A stretch of DNA of 64,000 nucleotides from an uncultured candidatus Porisulfidus sp. (lineage in GTDB: Bacteria > Pseudomonadota > Gammaproteobacteria > Poriferisulfidales > Poriferisulfidaceae), in NCBI GenBank assembly GCA_965116025.1, contig OZ220480.1:1632001-1696000 (forward strand). Direction: 5' to 3'. The notes beneath the pieces were generated by a model, which saw only the letters and a program-made list of their open reading frames with translations, had not been told where the DNA came from and did not search any database. Of this stretch, positions 54,946 through 64,000 are shown in pieces. How positions within the stretch are numbered: the stretch's first letter is position 1; each line of letters opens with the position of its first letter. A program made the translations under genes and the position numbers.

Positions 54946-57880
54946 ATGACTCGCCTGATTGAGCGATGGTTGCCAATCGCGGCTCTTGGCGAGGAAAGTC
55001 TTCGAGAGCGCCGTTCGATGACGGCGCTACCACCGACTTACTACTTGCATGTCTGGTGGGCGAGGCGGCCTCTGGTAGCGTCTCGCGCCGCTATCTTGGC
55101 TTCCCTGCTCCCGGCGGATGCTGACCATGAAAGGTTTCTGCATGCGTTGGGAATTCATGGAGATCCGGTTTCTGCACGCAAAAGGATCGATGCTGCACAT
55201 CAGAAAGGCGAGAGATTTGAAGGCCAAGCATACAGCTATGCGAGGGCGTTCAATCATATTCCTGATGGGAATGACGTTGAATGGATGAGTGCCGCTCTAG
55301 GGAAAGTCCTGGATAGTTTCACAGTGATTGATCCAACTGCTGGCGGAGGTAGCATTCCTTTTGAAGCAACCCGCCTAGGCATAAATGCGTTCGCAAACGA
55401 TTTGAATCCGGTTGCTGCCCTGATTATGCGTGCGACAGTTGAATGGCCATCAAGGTATGGCGAAGAACTTGAATCCGAATTTTCTGAATTGGCCGAACAA
55501 CTGATCCTTATAGAGAGAGGAACTGCTCGCGCCATATTTCCCGGATGAGCCTGAAGCGGACTCAATATCAACCAATTTCCTCTGGGCGCATGCGATCACT
55601 TGCCCCTACTGTGCCGGTCTAGTTCCTCTGTCACCTAATTGGCGTTTAACATCAAATGAAATCGGGATTCGGCTGAAACCGGAGCTCGCGTCTGGCCCGA
55701 GATCAGAAGGGCGAATCTGTTCATTTGAAATTGTGGAGAGGTCGCAGGACCAATCAGAGGGCACGGTAGCGCGTGGTGTAGGTACTTGTCCATATCCAGA
55801 CTGTGGGCGAGTTATCGATGGTGACGAAATTAAGCGTCAGGCCCAAGCCGGATTAATGGGCGAGCAGCTCTACGCTGTTGTGTACAAAAAACGTGTGCCC
55901 AAGGTGCTGAAGTCGGGCAAAAGCGGGAAAGATAAGTGGGTTCGCGGATACCGTGCCCCACGCCCGGAAGATGACAATAGAAAACTTATTGAGAAACTGC
56001 TCGCTGAGAAGCTTCCCGAATGGGAGGCCCTTGACATTGTTCCAAGCGAGAAAGTTCCGAATGGAAATAAGACAACGGAGCTCCACAGGTATGGGATGCC
56101 ATTCTGGAGTGATCTGTTCTCACCGCGCCAGCTGCTCTGTCACTGCACAGGTGTAGAGGCTTTTCAGGAGATGCTGGAAGCGGAAAGAAAAGAAGGAAAA
56201 TTGATGGATATTCGACGAGCGGCGTATGGATATCTGGCTTTATCCTTAAGTAAATCCATCTATTACAACTCAAGGATGTGCGCTTGGCATTCTTATCGAT
56301 CCGTTACTGGAAATACGTTCTCCCAGCATGATTTTTCATTCAAATGGTCCTATGCGGAAATGGCCCCCCTCGTCGCCGGCTTGGGCTATGACTGGGTGAT
56401 CAACCAGACCACCAAGTGCATCGGTGAACTCGTATCTTTGATCTATCCTTCGAAATCCGGCAATACTCATGTTGAAGAGTTTTTCCTGGCCAAAAACAAG
56501 CGACCCAAAATCACGATTTCATGCAAATCCGGTGACAGCCTTGACCATATCCAAGATGGACATATTGACGCGGTCATCATGGATCCCCCGTATTACGACA
56601 ACGTCATGTACGCGGAGCTTTCCGATTTCTTCTATGTCTGGCTAAAACGCACTGCTGGCCATGTATATCCTGAGCTGTTCCGACGCATCCTAACGGATAA
56701 AGAAAGCGAAGCTGTAGCGAATCCGGCAAAGTTCCGGTCCCAGAAAGGTGCGAGGGCGCGGGCCAGAATCGATTACCAGGAACGCATGGCATCTATTTTT
56801 GCGGAATGCCGTCGAGTGCTGAAATCTGATGGCATCTTGACATTGATGTTCACGCACAAGGCGGCAGGTGCCTGGGACGCGCTCGCCAAAGGTCTGATGA
56901 AGGCAGGATTCGTGATAACCGCGTCTTGGCCTGTCAACACCGAAGCAGAGGGCAGTCTCCATATCCAAAACAAGGCGGCGGCTAAAAGTACGATCTTCTT
57001 AGTCTGCCGCCCACGCGCCAACGATGCCGAAGCAGAAAGGAATCTGTATTGGGAGGATGTGGAACCGGAAGTGGCGAAAGCTGTCCGCCAGAGGATCAGA
57101 GGCTTCCAAGAAGCAGGGATTGCTGGTGTAGATCTTTATCTTGCCTGCTTCGGCCCTGCGTTGAAGGAGTTTTCCCGCCATTGGCCGCTCAGACGAGGCG
57201 CGCCGCGCGAGTTGCCGGCCAAACGGAAAAAGCAACAACAGGTGGTGAATGAGGGTGAGTGGGATCAATACGAAGTGACACCGGAAGACGCGCTTGATGC
57301 CGCTAGGCGGGAAGTCAAACGCTGGCGTTTGGAGCAACTGACGAAACGTGCGGCCGATACCGACCTGGACCCGTCCACGGCCTTTTTCGTACTGGCTTGG
57401 GATGCATTCCGAGCACCAATTTTTCCTTACGATGAGGCGTTGCGGTTGGCTCATGCGGTGGGTGCTGATCTAGACCGAGACATCGTGGATCGGCTTGCTG
57501 GGAAGAAGGGCGGCGATATCATCCTGTGGGACAGTGCGCTACGGGTCGCTAAGGGGAAGATCGGGCCGATTGATGGCTCGCGTGGGATGATTGACGCCAT
57601 CCACCGTAGCGCGGATCTCGCCCGCGCGCGTTCATTAGATGTCGCTCGAGAATCGCTAACGCGCATTGGGTTAGACAAGAGCCCTCTGTTCTTCGCGTCC
57701 CTAGAGTCCGTGCTTGAAGTCTTGCCGGTTCCCAAGGGGTTCACCGGCATCGAACTCAATGACAAGGCAGAAGCCTCGGGGAACGATTTTGAGGTGCTTT
57801 ATCGCTTGAGTCGTTTGGCGTACAGCGAGCATATTGGAGAGCCTAAGCAGCTCAAGTTCTGGAATGAGGAGAAGACCTGA
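54946..57880 (+). pseudogene. DUF1156 adenine DNA methyltransferase, frameshifted at (AG)4 55512..55519
   Basis: LHVWWARRPL and DPTAGGGSIPFEA in frame 1 (stop at 55548). The +1 frame from 55514 continues REELLAPYF...LWAHAITCPYC into ORF 55733..57880, which has MDPPYYDN and FTHK. Confidence 0.87.
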
Positions 57881-57882
57881 TC

Positions 57883-60800
57883 ATGCTACGAGATCACGAA
57901 TGGAAACTCAAATACACCACTGATGACGGAGATCTAGTCCAACAATTTTATGTTCGCACGCTTGAAAACGCGAAGCGTTATGATCGGCTAACTGGCTATT
58001 TCAACGCGGGTGCGCTGGCCCTCGCGGCCCGTGGTATCGAGGGGTTGGTGCGGAATGATGGACATATGCGGTTAGTGGTTGGATGCGAGTTGGGATTCTC
58101 CGAGATTGAGGCGATTCAGAGAGGAGAAGACCTCCGTGCTCAAGTTGAGCGAAACCTCATGAACGTTCCTCTTGATCCTCCCGATCCAGAATCCGCTGGC
58201 GCGCTGGAGCTGTTGGCGTGGATGGTCGCGCGGAAATTTCTTGACGTGAAAATCGCTGTGCCTTGCGATGCGGGGCGCGAACCGATGCCAGGGAAGGGGA
58301 TATTTCACGAGAAAGCGGGGATCATCGAAGATCGGGTAGGTGATCGGCTGGCATGGACTGGCAGTCTCAATGAGACCGTCGCCGGGTGGAAAAACAACCA
58401 TGAGAGCTTTGTTGTATTCACGAGCTGGGATTCTCAACCCGGAAGGCTTGAAGAAGAAGAATTGAATTTTGGTCGTATTTGGACAAATCAGTCGGGACAT
58501 GCGGTTGTTTTGGATGTTCCAGAGGCGGTGCGCCGGGAATTGATGCGCTTCAAGCCAGAAATAGGTCGTCCAGCGCGTATGAAACAGAATCAGGAAGGGG
58601 AAAGATCGGAAGAAAATCTGCGGGCGCGAGTATGGACGTTCATTCGGGAGGCTCCCTCATGGCCGGAAGGGGGCGAATGGATTGGAGAGGCCACTGCGCC
58701 AGTCGATCCTTGGCCACACCAGAAGAGAGCGTTCAAGCGTCTATACGAAAACTGGCCTCCTCGACTTTTGATCGCCGACGAGGTGGGGCTTGGAAAGACC
58801 ATACAGGCTGGATTGCTGTTGCGTCAGGCATGGCTCGCTGGCCGTGCGAAAAGAATTCTGATTCTGGCTCCCAAGGCGGTGCTTAAGCAATGGCAAATTG
58901 AGCTACGGGAGAAATTCAATCTTAATTGGCCGATTTACGATGGCGGCAAGCTGACATGGTATCGCTCACCAGCATGGCAGGGGCGAAACGAGCGCGTGAT
59001 AGGACATGAAGAGTGGCAGAGCGAGTCCGCCGTGATCGTATCCAGCCAACTGATGCGTAGGCGTGATCGGATGAAAGAACTTTTGGAGAAGGCGGAGCCG
59101 TGGGATCTTGTGGTCCTGGATGAGGCGCATCATGCCCGCCGTTGCGCCGCGGGCGGCGCTCGGGAACGCGGGCCCAACTCCCTTCTCGGTCTCATGCGGA
59201 ATTTGAAAGATCGCGCGAAGGGATTGCTCTTGCTTACGGCAACACCGATGCAGATGCATCCTGTTGAGGTTTGGGACTTGCTGGACTTGCTCGGTTTACC
59301 TCCAGAGTGGGATGAAAAGGCGTTTCTGAAGTTTTTTGAGACGAGTCCTTCGTCGGAGGCGATGGAGCGAATGGCAGTGCTATTCCAATCTACCGAGCGC
59401 GAATATGGAGAAGTCAAGGCGGAGGATGCGGGACGCTTGGCCGGTCTATCTCAGTTGCAGATCAGTAAAGTGCTCCGAGCGTTACGCGCTACCGGTAGCA
59501 TACTACGCCGCCAGTTGGATGCTGATAAACGTCGTGGAGCAATAGCTATCATGCGGGGCTACACTCCGGTACGTATACTGATCTCACGCAATACTCGAGA
59601 TCTTTTGCGGGGCTACTTTCAGAAAGGATTCATGACGACGCGGGTTGCGGAGCGCAAAGTCGAAGACCGCTTTATGGCGATGACAAAAGAGGAGCGGGCG
59701 ATCTACGACGACGTGGAGGATTACATTGCCAGTGCGTATAGACGGGCGAGCAAGGGAAAGCGCGCGGCGGTCGGATTCGTCATGACGATCTACCGCCGGC
59801 GGCTCGCCAGCAGCTTCGCCGCATTGCGAGAAACACTGCACAGGCGTAGCGATGCGATTGCTCTTGGAGAACACACGGATTTCCCTGATCTTGACGAGGA
59901 TTTGCCGGACGATGATATGGCTGATGAGCCAATCGAGGCGGATGAGGCACTGGCTCTTGAGCGCAAGGCCTTCGCCATTGAGCAGAAGGCTGAAATTGAT
60001 CAGCTTCTCCGAAAAATCGAGCGATTGCAACCGGATAGCAAACTCGGCAAGCTCAAGAGTATATTGCGCGAACTTCGTGGCTTGGCACATTACAAAGTGA
60101 TGATATTCACTCAATACACCGATACCATGGATTTTCTACGCGATGCCCTCCTCAATGATGTGGATGAAGAATGGTCGTTATTGTGCTTCTCAGGGCGAGG
60201 TGGGGAAAAGCCTAATACTAGTGGTGAATGGGATGGAATAAGCAGAGATGAAGCAAGGCAAAGGTTCCGGGACGGGAAGGCCGATATCCTTCTGTGTACC
60301 GATGCAGCGGCCGAGGGCTTGAACTTTCAGTTTTGTGGCGCAGTGATCAATTACGACATGCCGTGGAATCCCATGCGAGTCGAGCAACGTATCGGGCGCA
60401 TTGATCGGTTGGGCCAAGAGAACGAAACCATCCGAATCGTCAACATGCACTACGAGGAGACGATTGAGACCGATATATACCGAGCTTTGCGTGACCGCAT
60501 CGAGCTTTTTCAGAGCGTGGTGGGAAGACTGCAACCGATTTTGGCTCGGCTTCCTGGTCAGTTAGAGAAAAGCGTGCTCTTGGGGCAGAATCGGAACGCC
60601 GGCGAACGAGCCGAATTAGTCAAATCCCTTACAGAAGAAATTGGCGATGGTCGAGATTCGGGGTTCGACATTGATGCTGTGACGGAAGGCGGGCCTATCG
60701 CGTTGCCGCATGTGGAGTCAACCATTACCATGGATGATTTGAACCGGGTCATCGCATCGAATGAAAACCTCATGCTATCTGGAGCTAAGATTCAAGCGAT

Positions 60801-61011
60801 GGGGCGACGCGAATACGGGTTGTTGCTACCGGGCAGGGATGAGCTGTTGCGGGTGACGACAGATCCAGAGTACTTCGAAGAACATGCGGAAAGCATGGAA
60901 TTTTGGTCGCCTGGTAACGAGCTGTTCGTTGGGCCTGAGTCGGTGGAAGGAGTGAAATTGGATCGGTTGCAGTTGAATAAGACGCTGAAGGATATCCTCG
61001 ACGGCAGTTGA
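57883..61011 (+). CDS. PLD-family nuclease + SNF2 helicase fusion
   Basis: N-terminal YDRLTGYF, HEKAGIIED, GSLNET (PLD-like); ADEVGLGKT, LDEAHH, LTATP, EGLNFQ and WNPMRVEQRIGRIDR (SNF2). Confidence 0.92.
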   Translation: MLRDHEWKLKYTTDDGDLVQQFYVRTLENAKRYDRLTGYFNAGALALAARGIEGLVRNDGHMRLVVGCELGFSEIEAIQRGEDLRAQVERNLMNVPLDPPDPESAGALELLAWMVARKFLDVKIAVPCDAGREPMPGKGIFHEKAGIIEDRVGDRLAWTGSLNETVAGWKNNHESFVVFTSWDSQPGRLEEEELNFGRIWTNQSGHAVVLDVPEAVRRELMRFKPEIGRPARMKQNQEGERSEENLRARVWTFIREAPSWPEGGEWIGEATAPVDPWPHQKRAFKRLYENWPPRLLIADEVGLGKTIQAGLLLRQAWLAGRAKRILILAPKAVLKQWQIELREKFNLNWPIYDGGKLTWYRSPAWQGRNERVIGHEEWQSESAVIVSSQLMRRRDRMKELLEKAEPWDLVVLDEAHHARRCAAGGARERGPNSLLGLMRNLKDRAKGLLLLTATPMQMHPVEVWDLLDLLGLPPEWDEKAFLKFFETSPSSEAMERMAVLFQSTEREYGEVKAEDAGRLAGLSQLQISKVLRALRATGSILRRQLDADKRRGAIAIMRGYTPVRILISRNTRDLLRGYFQKGFMTTRVAERKVEDRFMAMTKEERAIYDDVEDYIASAYRRASKGKRAAVGFVMTIYRRRLASSFAALRETLHRRSDAIALGEHTDFPDLDEDLPDDDMADEPIEADEALALERKAFAIEQKAEIDQLLRKIERLQPDSKLGKLKSILRELRGLAHYKVMIFTQYTDTMDFLRDALLNDVDEEWSLLCFSGRGGEKPNTSGEWDGISRDEARQRFRDGKADILLCTDAAAEGLNFQFCGAVINYDMPWNPMRVEQRIGRIDRLGQENETIRIVNMHYEETIETDIYRALRDRIELFQSVVGRLQPILARLPGQLEKSVLLGQNRNAGERAELVKSLTEEIGDGRDSGFDIDAVTEGGPIALPHVESTITMDDLNRVIASNENLMLSGAKIQAMGRREYGLLLPGRDELLRVTTDPEYFEEHAESMEFWSPGNELFVGPESVEGVKLDRLQLNKTLKDILDGS

Positions 61012-61460
61012 TTGGACGCTTGCGTAGAGCACGTCGCTTCCTTCCTGTCCTGCTGTGAGGCATGAATGTTTTGGGCTTGTGCATTGATGTAGGAATGCTG
61101 TAGAGGTGAAGAGGGCGAGCCAGAATGACTTGGTGCAGTTCCTCATACTGAACGAAGGGGGACAAGCTCGCATCGGTAAAGGATTGTTATGATGATAGGA
61201 GGAATCAGTCATGCCAAGCGGTGCGCTCGCCATGATCGGGGCACGAACAATTCGAAACCGTTGTGAGGAAACCGGTGATTTGGCTAGGCGATCAAACGCA
61301 TGAAGTCAGTTCGCCAGTCGCTTCGTGATCGCTCGAGAGAGCGTTTTGGCGAACCGGACAACGCGCCTCTGATGATCGGAAGGTTGCCAGTCATTTTGGA
61401 AAACCTTCGGCGAATTCGCTGGCGCAGTCGCGCGGATCGCCTTCGTTGGCTCATGGCGTG

Positions 61461-63098
61461 ATGAAAAGAACGCCTTCCGATGCGCGAACGCAAGGGTCGC
61501 CGCCCATGCACGATGCCACGAAATACGCATCCCCTGAGGCCATGAAGGAATTCTTGGACGCGGGAGCGCGAAGCAACACACGAGATGAGGATGGAGACAC
61601 GCTCCTGCACCTAGCGGCGGCGATCGGCGGGTCCGTCGAGGTGGTGAAGACGTTGCTCAAAGCGGGAGCGAGGGCCAAAGCTCGGAATAAAACGGGAGAG
61701 GCGCCTCTGCACGCGGCGGTAGCGGTCAACGGGAGCGTTGAGAAGGTGCGGGTCTTGCTTGAAGCGGGAGCGAAGATCAACGCGGCAAATGACAATGGGC
61801 AGACAGCCCTGCACTTCGCGGCGCGCTTCTGTAAGCGCGCCGAAGTGACGCGAGCGTTGCTCGACGCAGGCGCCACAGTCAACGCGCGGGATGATTTTGG
61901 ACAAACGCCCCTGCATTTCGCGATGCTATCCAGAACGGCGCCTGATATCGCGAAAGTGTTGCTTGATGCCGGAGCGCGGGTCAACGCCCGGGATAACGAT
62001 GGCGAAACCCCCTTGCACGCCGCGGCGGAACATAGTGAAACTCCAGAGGTCGTGAAGACGTTGCTCAAAGCGGGGGCGCGAATCGGCGCGCGGAATATCA
62101 TGAAATACACCCCCCTGCACTTCGCGGCGATGAGGGGCGTTCCCGAGGTTGTGCGGGTATTGCTCGACTCTGGGTCTCAGGTCGACGCGCGAAATAAAGC
62201 GGGAGGCACGCCTCTGCATGCGGCCGCGGAATGCGGCAGACCCTACGCGATCATGAGAATGCTGTTCGACGCGGGAGCGGAGATCAATGCGAAGAATACC
62301 AATGGGGAAACGCCTCTGCACTTGGCGGTTGCGTTTGGAGAAACGACCGCGGGCATAAAAACGTTGATCAGAGCGGGAGCGGAAGTCCATGGTCGGACTT
62401 ACGATGGGGAGACTCCTCTGCATTTCGCCGCGGAATTCAGTGAGCGCCCCGCTGTCGTGAAAACGTTGCTCAAGGCGGGCGCGCGAGTCAACGAGCGAGA
62501 CTTCTACGGCCAGACTCCCCTGCACTCGGTATCATCTAACAAAAACCCCACGGTCGCGCGGGCGTTGCTGAAAGCGGGCGCTCAAGTCAACGCGCGAAAT
62601 GCTTTTGACGTGACCCCGCTGCACTTAGCGGCGAGATTTAGCACCAATCCCTTGGTCGTGAAAGCATTGCTCGACGCGGGGGCGCTGATCGACGCGCGAG
62701 ACGATAGCGGATGCGCGCCCCTTCATGGGGCGGCGGAATTCAATGGCCTCGATATCTTGAAGACGTTGCTTGATGCGGGAGCTCAATTGACCGCGCGAGA
62801 CAGCGATGGGTGGATGCCTCTGCACATGGCCGCGGGTTTCACTGAGTCTCCCTTGATTATAGAGGCGCTATTGGATGCGGGGGCACCGATTGAAGCGCGA
62901 GATAGCGATGGATTGACACCTTTGTGCGTAGCCGCAGAATGCAGCGTATCTCCAGAGAATGTGGAGGTGTTGCTTGATGCTGGAGCGAATCCAGCGGCGA
63001 AAAATATATCCGGGGCGACACCATGGAATCTGGCGAAAAAGAATCCCGGACTCAGAAGGACGAACGCGTGCCGGCGACTGAAGAAGGGGCGCAAGTGA
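61461..63098 (+). CDS. Ankyrin repeat protein (~15 repeats), basic C-terminus
   Basis: Repeated G-x-TPLHxAA...VVKxLLxAGAxVNAR units of 33-34 aa. Start at 61446 (TTG) or 61461 (ATG). Confidence 0.93.
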   Translation: MKRTPSDARTQGSPPMHDATKYASPEAMKEFLDAGARSNTRDEDGDTLLHLAAAIGGSVEVVKTLLKAGARAKARNKTGEAPLHAAVAVNGSVEKVRVLLEAGAKINAANDNGQTALHFAARFCKRAEVTRALLDAGATVNARDDFGQTPLHFAMLSRTAPDIAKVLLDAGARVNARDNDGETPLHAAAEHSETPEVVKTLLKAGARIGARNIMKYTPLHFAAMRGVPEVVRVLLDSGSQVDARNKAGGTPLHAAAECGRPYAIMRMLFDAGAEINAKNTNGETPLHLAVAFGETTAGIKTLIRAGAEVHGRTYDGETPLHFAAEFSERPAVVKTLLKAGARVNERDFYGQTPLHSVSSNKNPTVARALLKAGAQVNARNAFDVTPLHLAARFSTNPLVVKALLDAGALIDARDDSGCAPLHGAAEFNGLDILKTLLDAGAQLTARDSDGWMPLHMAAGFTESPLIIEALLDAGAPIEARDSDGLTPLCVAAECSVSPENVEVLLDAGANPAAKNISGATPWNLAKKNPGLRRTNACRRLKKGRK

Positions 63099-63360
63099 GA
63101 GGTGGACGAGAGGATTAGATCGACATGGGCGCCCGAAGTTTGAAAAATTCAGTGGAGCGCGCCCATGGTTTGGTGGCTTGGCTTCATGGTTGCTGGTGGT
63201 CGCCTTCGGTCGCTTTCTCACGCCTTTACTCGCGATGCCTCGGTTTGGTGGTTCCGCTAGAAAAACGTAGTGGCGCGATGAAAAACGTCGCGTGCGGCTC
63301 AAGTGGCTGGCCAAGCGAAGGTCGCTGAGCGAAAGTGTCGATATCTAAACTTGATTTCCT

Positions 63361-64000
63361 TCAAAACCTTATGGAAAACAATTCTATATCAAGATTTCGC
63401 AGAATCTTCCGTTGGTTTGTGCGTGAGGATTCGCATGGCGCGTTCAAGATAATCCCTCCGCCTAGGCAGACATCTTTCAGATAGAAAGCGATTGATTGAC
63501 CCGGGGCGGGGGCCCACTGCGGCGCGTCGAATATCACGCGGTAGGTTGCCCCACTTCGCTCCAGTTGGCAGTCCTGCAAGGGTTGGCGGTGGCGAATCCG
63601 CGCTTTCATAGCACCCTCGCCGGGGGGCGTGCCGGCGATCCAGTGTGGAGACTGGATTTCCAGTTCGCGCGCGTTCAGGGCGGGATGATTACGGTCTTGC
63701 GTCACGGTCACCTGTCCGCTCTCCATATTCTTGTCGATGACGTACCACGGGCCTTCGCCGCTTCCAGACACTCCCCCGATGCCGAGCCCAGCGCGCTGGC
63801 CGATGGTCTGGAACGCCAGCCCTCGGTGCCGTCCGATTTCTCGCCCGGACGGATCGATGATCGGGCCGGGTTGAAGCGGGATGTAGTTCGCTAGAAAATC
63901 TTGGAAGCGTCGCTCCCCGATGAAGCAAATACCAGAACTGTCCTTTTTGTCGTGCACTGGGAGGCCGATCCGGCGCGCCTGTTCCCGAACTTGTCGCTTC
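63361..64000 (-). CDS. mnmA: tRNA 2-thiouridylase, C-terminal part (5' end outside the window)
   Basis: KKDSSGICFIGER, TIGQRAGLGIGG, ARIRHRQ and APGQS...CLGGG motifs; frame is open to the window edge. Confidence 0.93.
   Translation of the reverse strand, partial: KRQVREQARRIGLPVHDKKDSSGICFIGERRFQDFLANYIPLQPGPIIDPSGREIGRHRGLAFQTIGQRAGLGIGGVSGSGEGPWYVIDKNMESGQVTVTQDRNHPALNARELEIQSPHWIAGTPPGEGAMKARIRHRQPLQDCQLERSGATYRVIFDAPQWAPAPGQSIAFYLKDVCLGGGIILNAPCESSRTNQRKILRNLDIELFSIRF

Noticed and set aside
61326-61328. Single TGA separating the upstream GTG frame from the ankyrin ORF (readthrough or selenocysteine?)
   Set aside because: No SECIS-like hairpin seen, the intervening translation has no recognisable features, and a shared frame has a 1-in-3 chance.
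61500-63030. ~100-bp periodic repeats as a possible CRISPR array
   Set aside because: Degenerate coding repeats of ankyrin units; no identical repeat-spacer structure and no cas genes.

Overview
GC-rich chromosomal segment of a probable gammaproteobacterium (tmRNA tag ANDDNYALAA; surE-pcm-yqaA-nlpD, alaC-hom-thrC and purB/fumC gene order). The backbone holds tadA, an acyl-CoA ligase + Liv-type ABC operon, leuA, a family-4 UDG, fdxA-addB-like, ssrA, purL, a tetrahydromethanopterin formaldehyde-oxidation cluster (mptG-mtdB-orfY-mch-orf5-orf7-fae), moaE/moeA, purB, fumC, acnA and a partial mnmA. Defence cassettes sit between these genes, with no integrase or transposase that I could recognise: a beta-class MTase + HNH nuclease pair, a type III R-M system with hicAB between mod and res, and a DUF499 / small ORF / DUF1156 MTase / PLD-SNF2 restriction-like operon followed by a ~15-repeat ankyrin gene. 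Two observations stand out. (1) The DUF499 and DUF1156 genes are each frameshifted exactly at a simple sequence repeat (G29 and (AG)4) and are otherwise intact, so the system may be repeat-switchable; the G tract could also be a sequencing artefact. (2) In several toxin-antitoxin-type loci the toxin/PIN partner is truncated or internally deleted while the DNA-binding partner is kept. The ankyrin gene, the R-M/TA load and the C1 genes suggest a marine invertebrate (e.g. sponge) symbiont, but that is inference only. All family assignments come from recognising motifs by eye, not from database searches.
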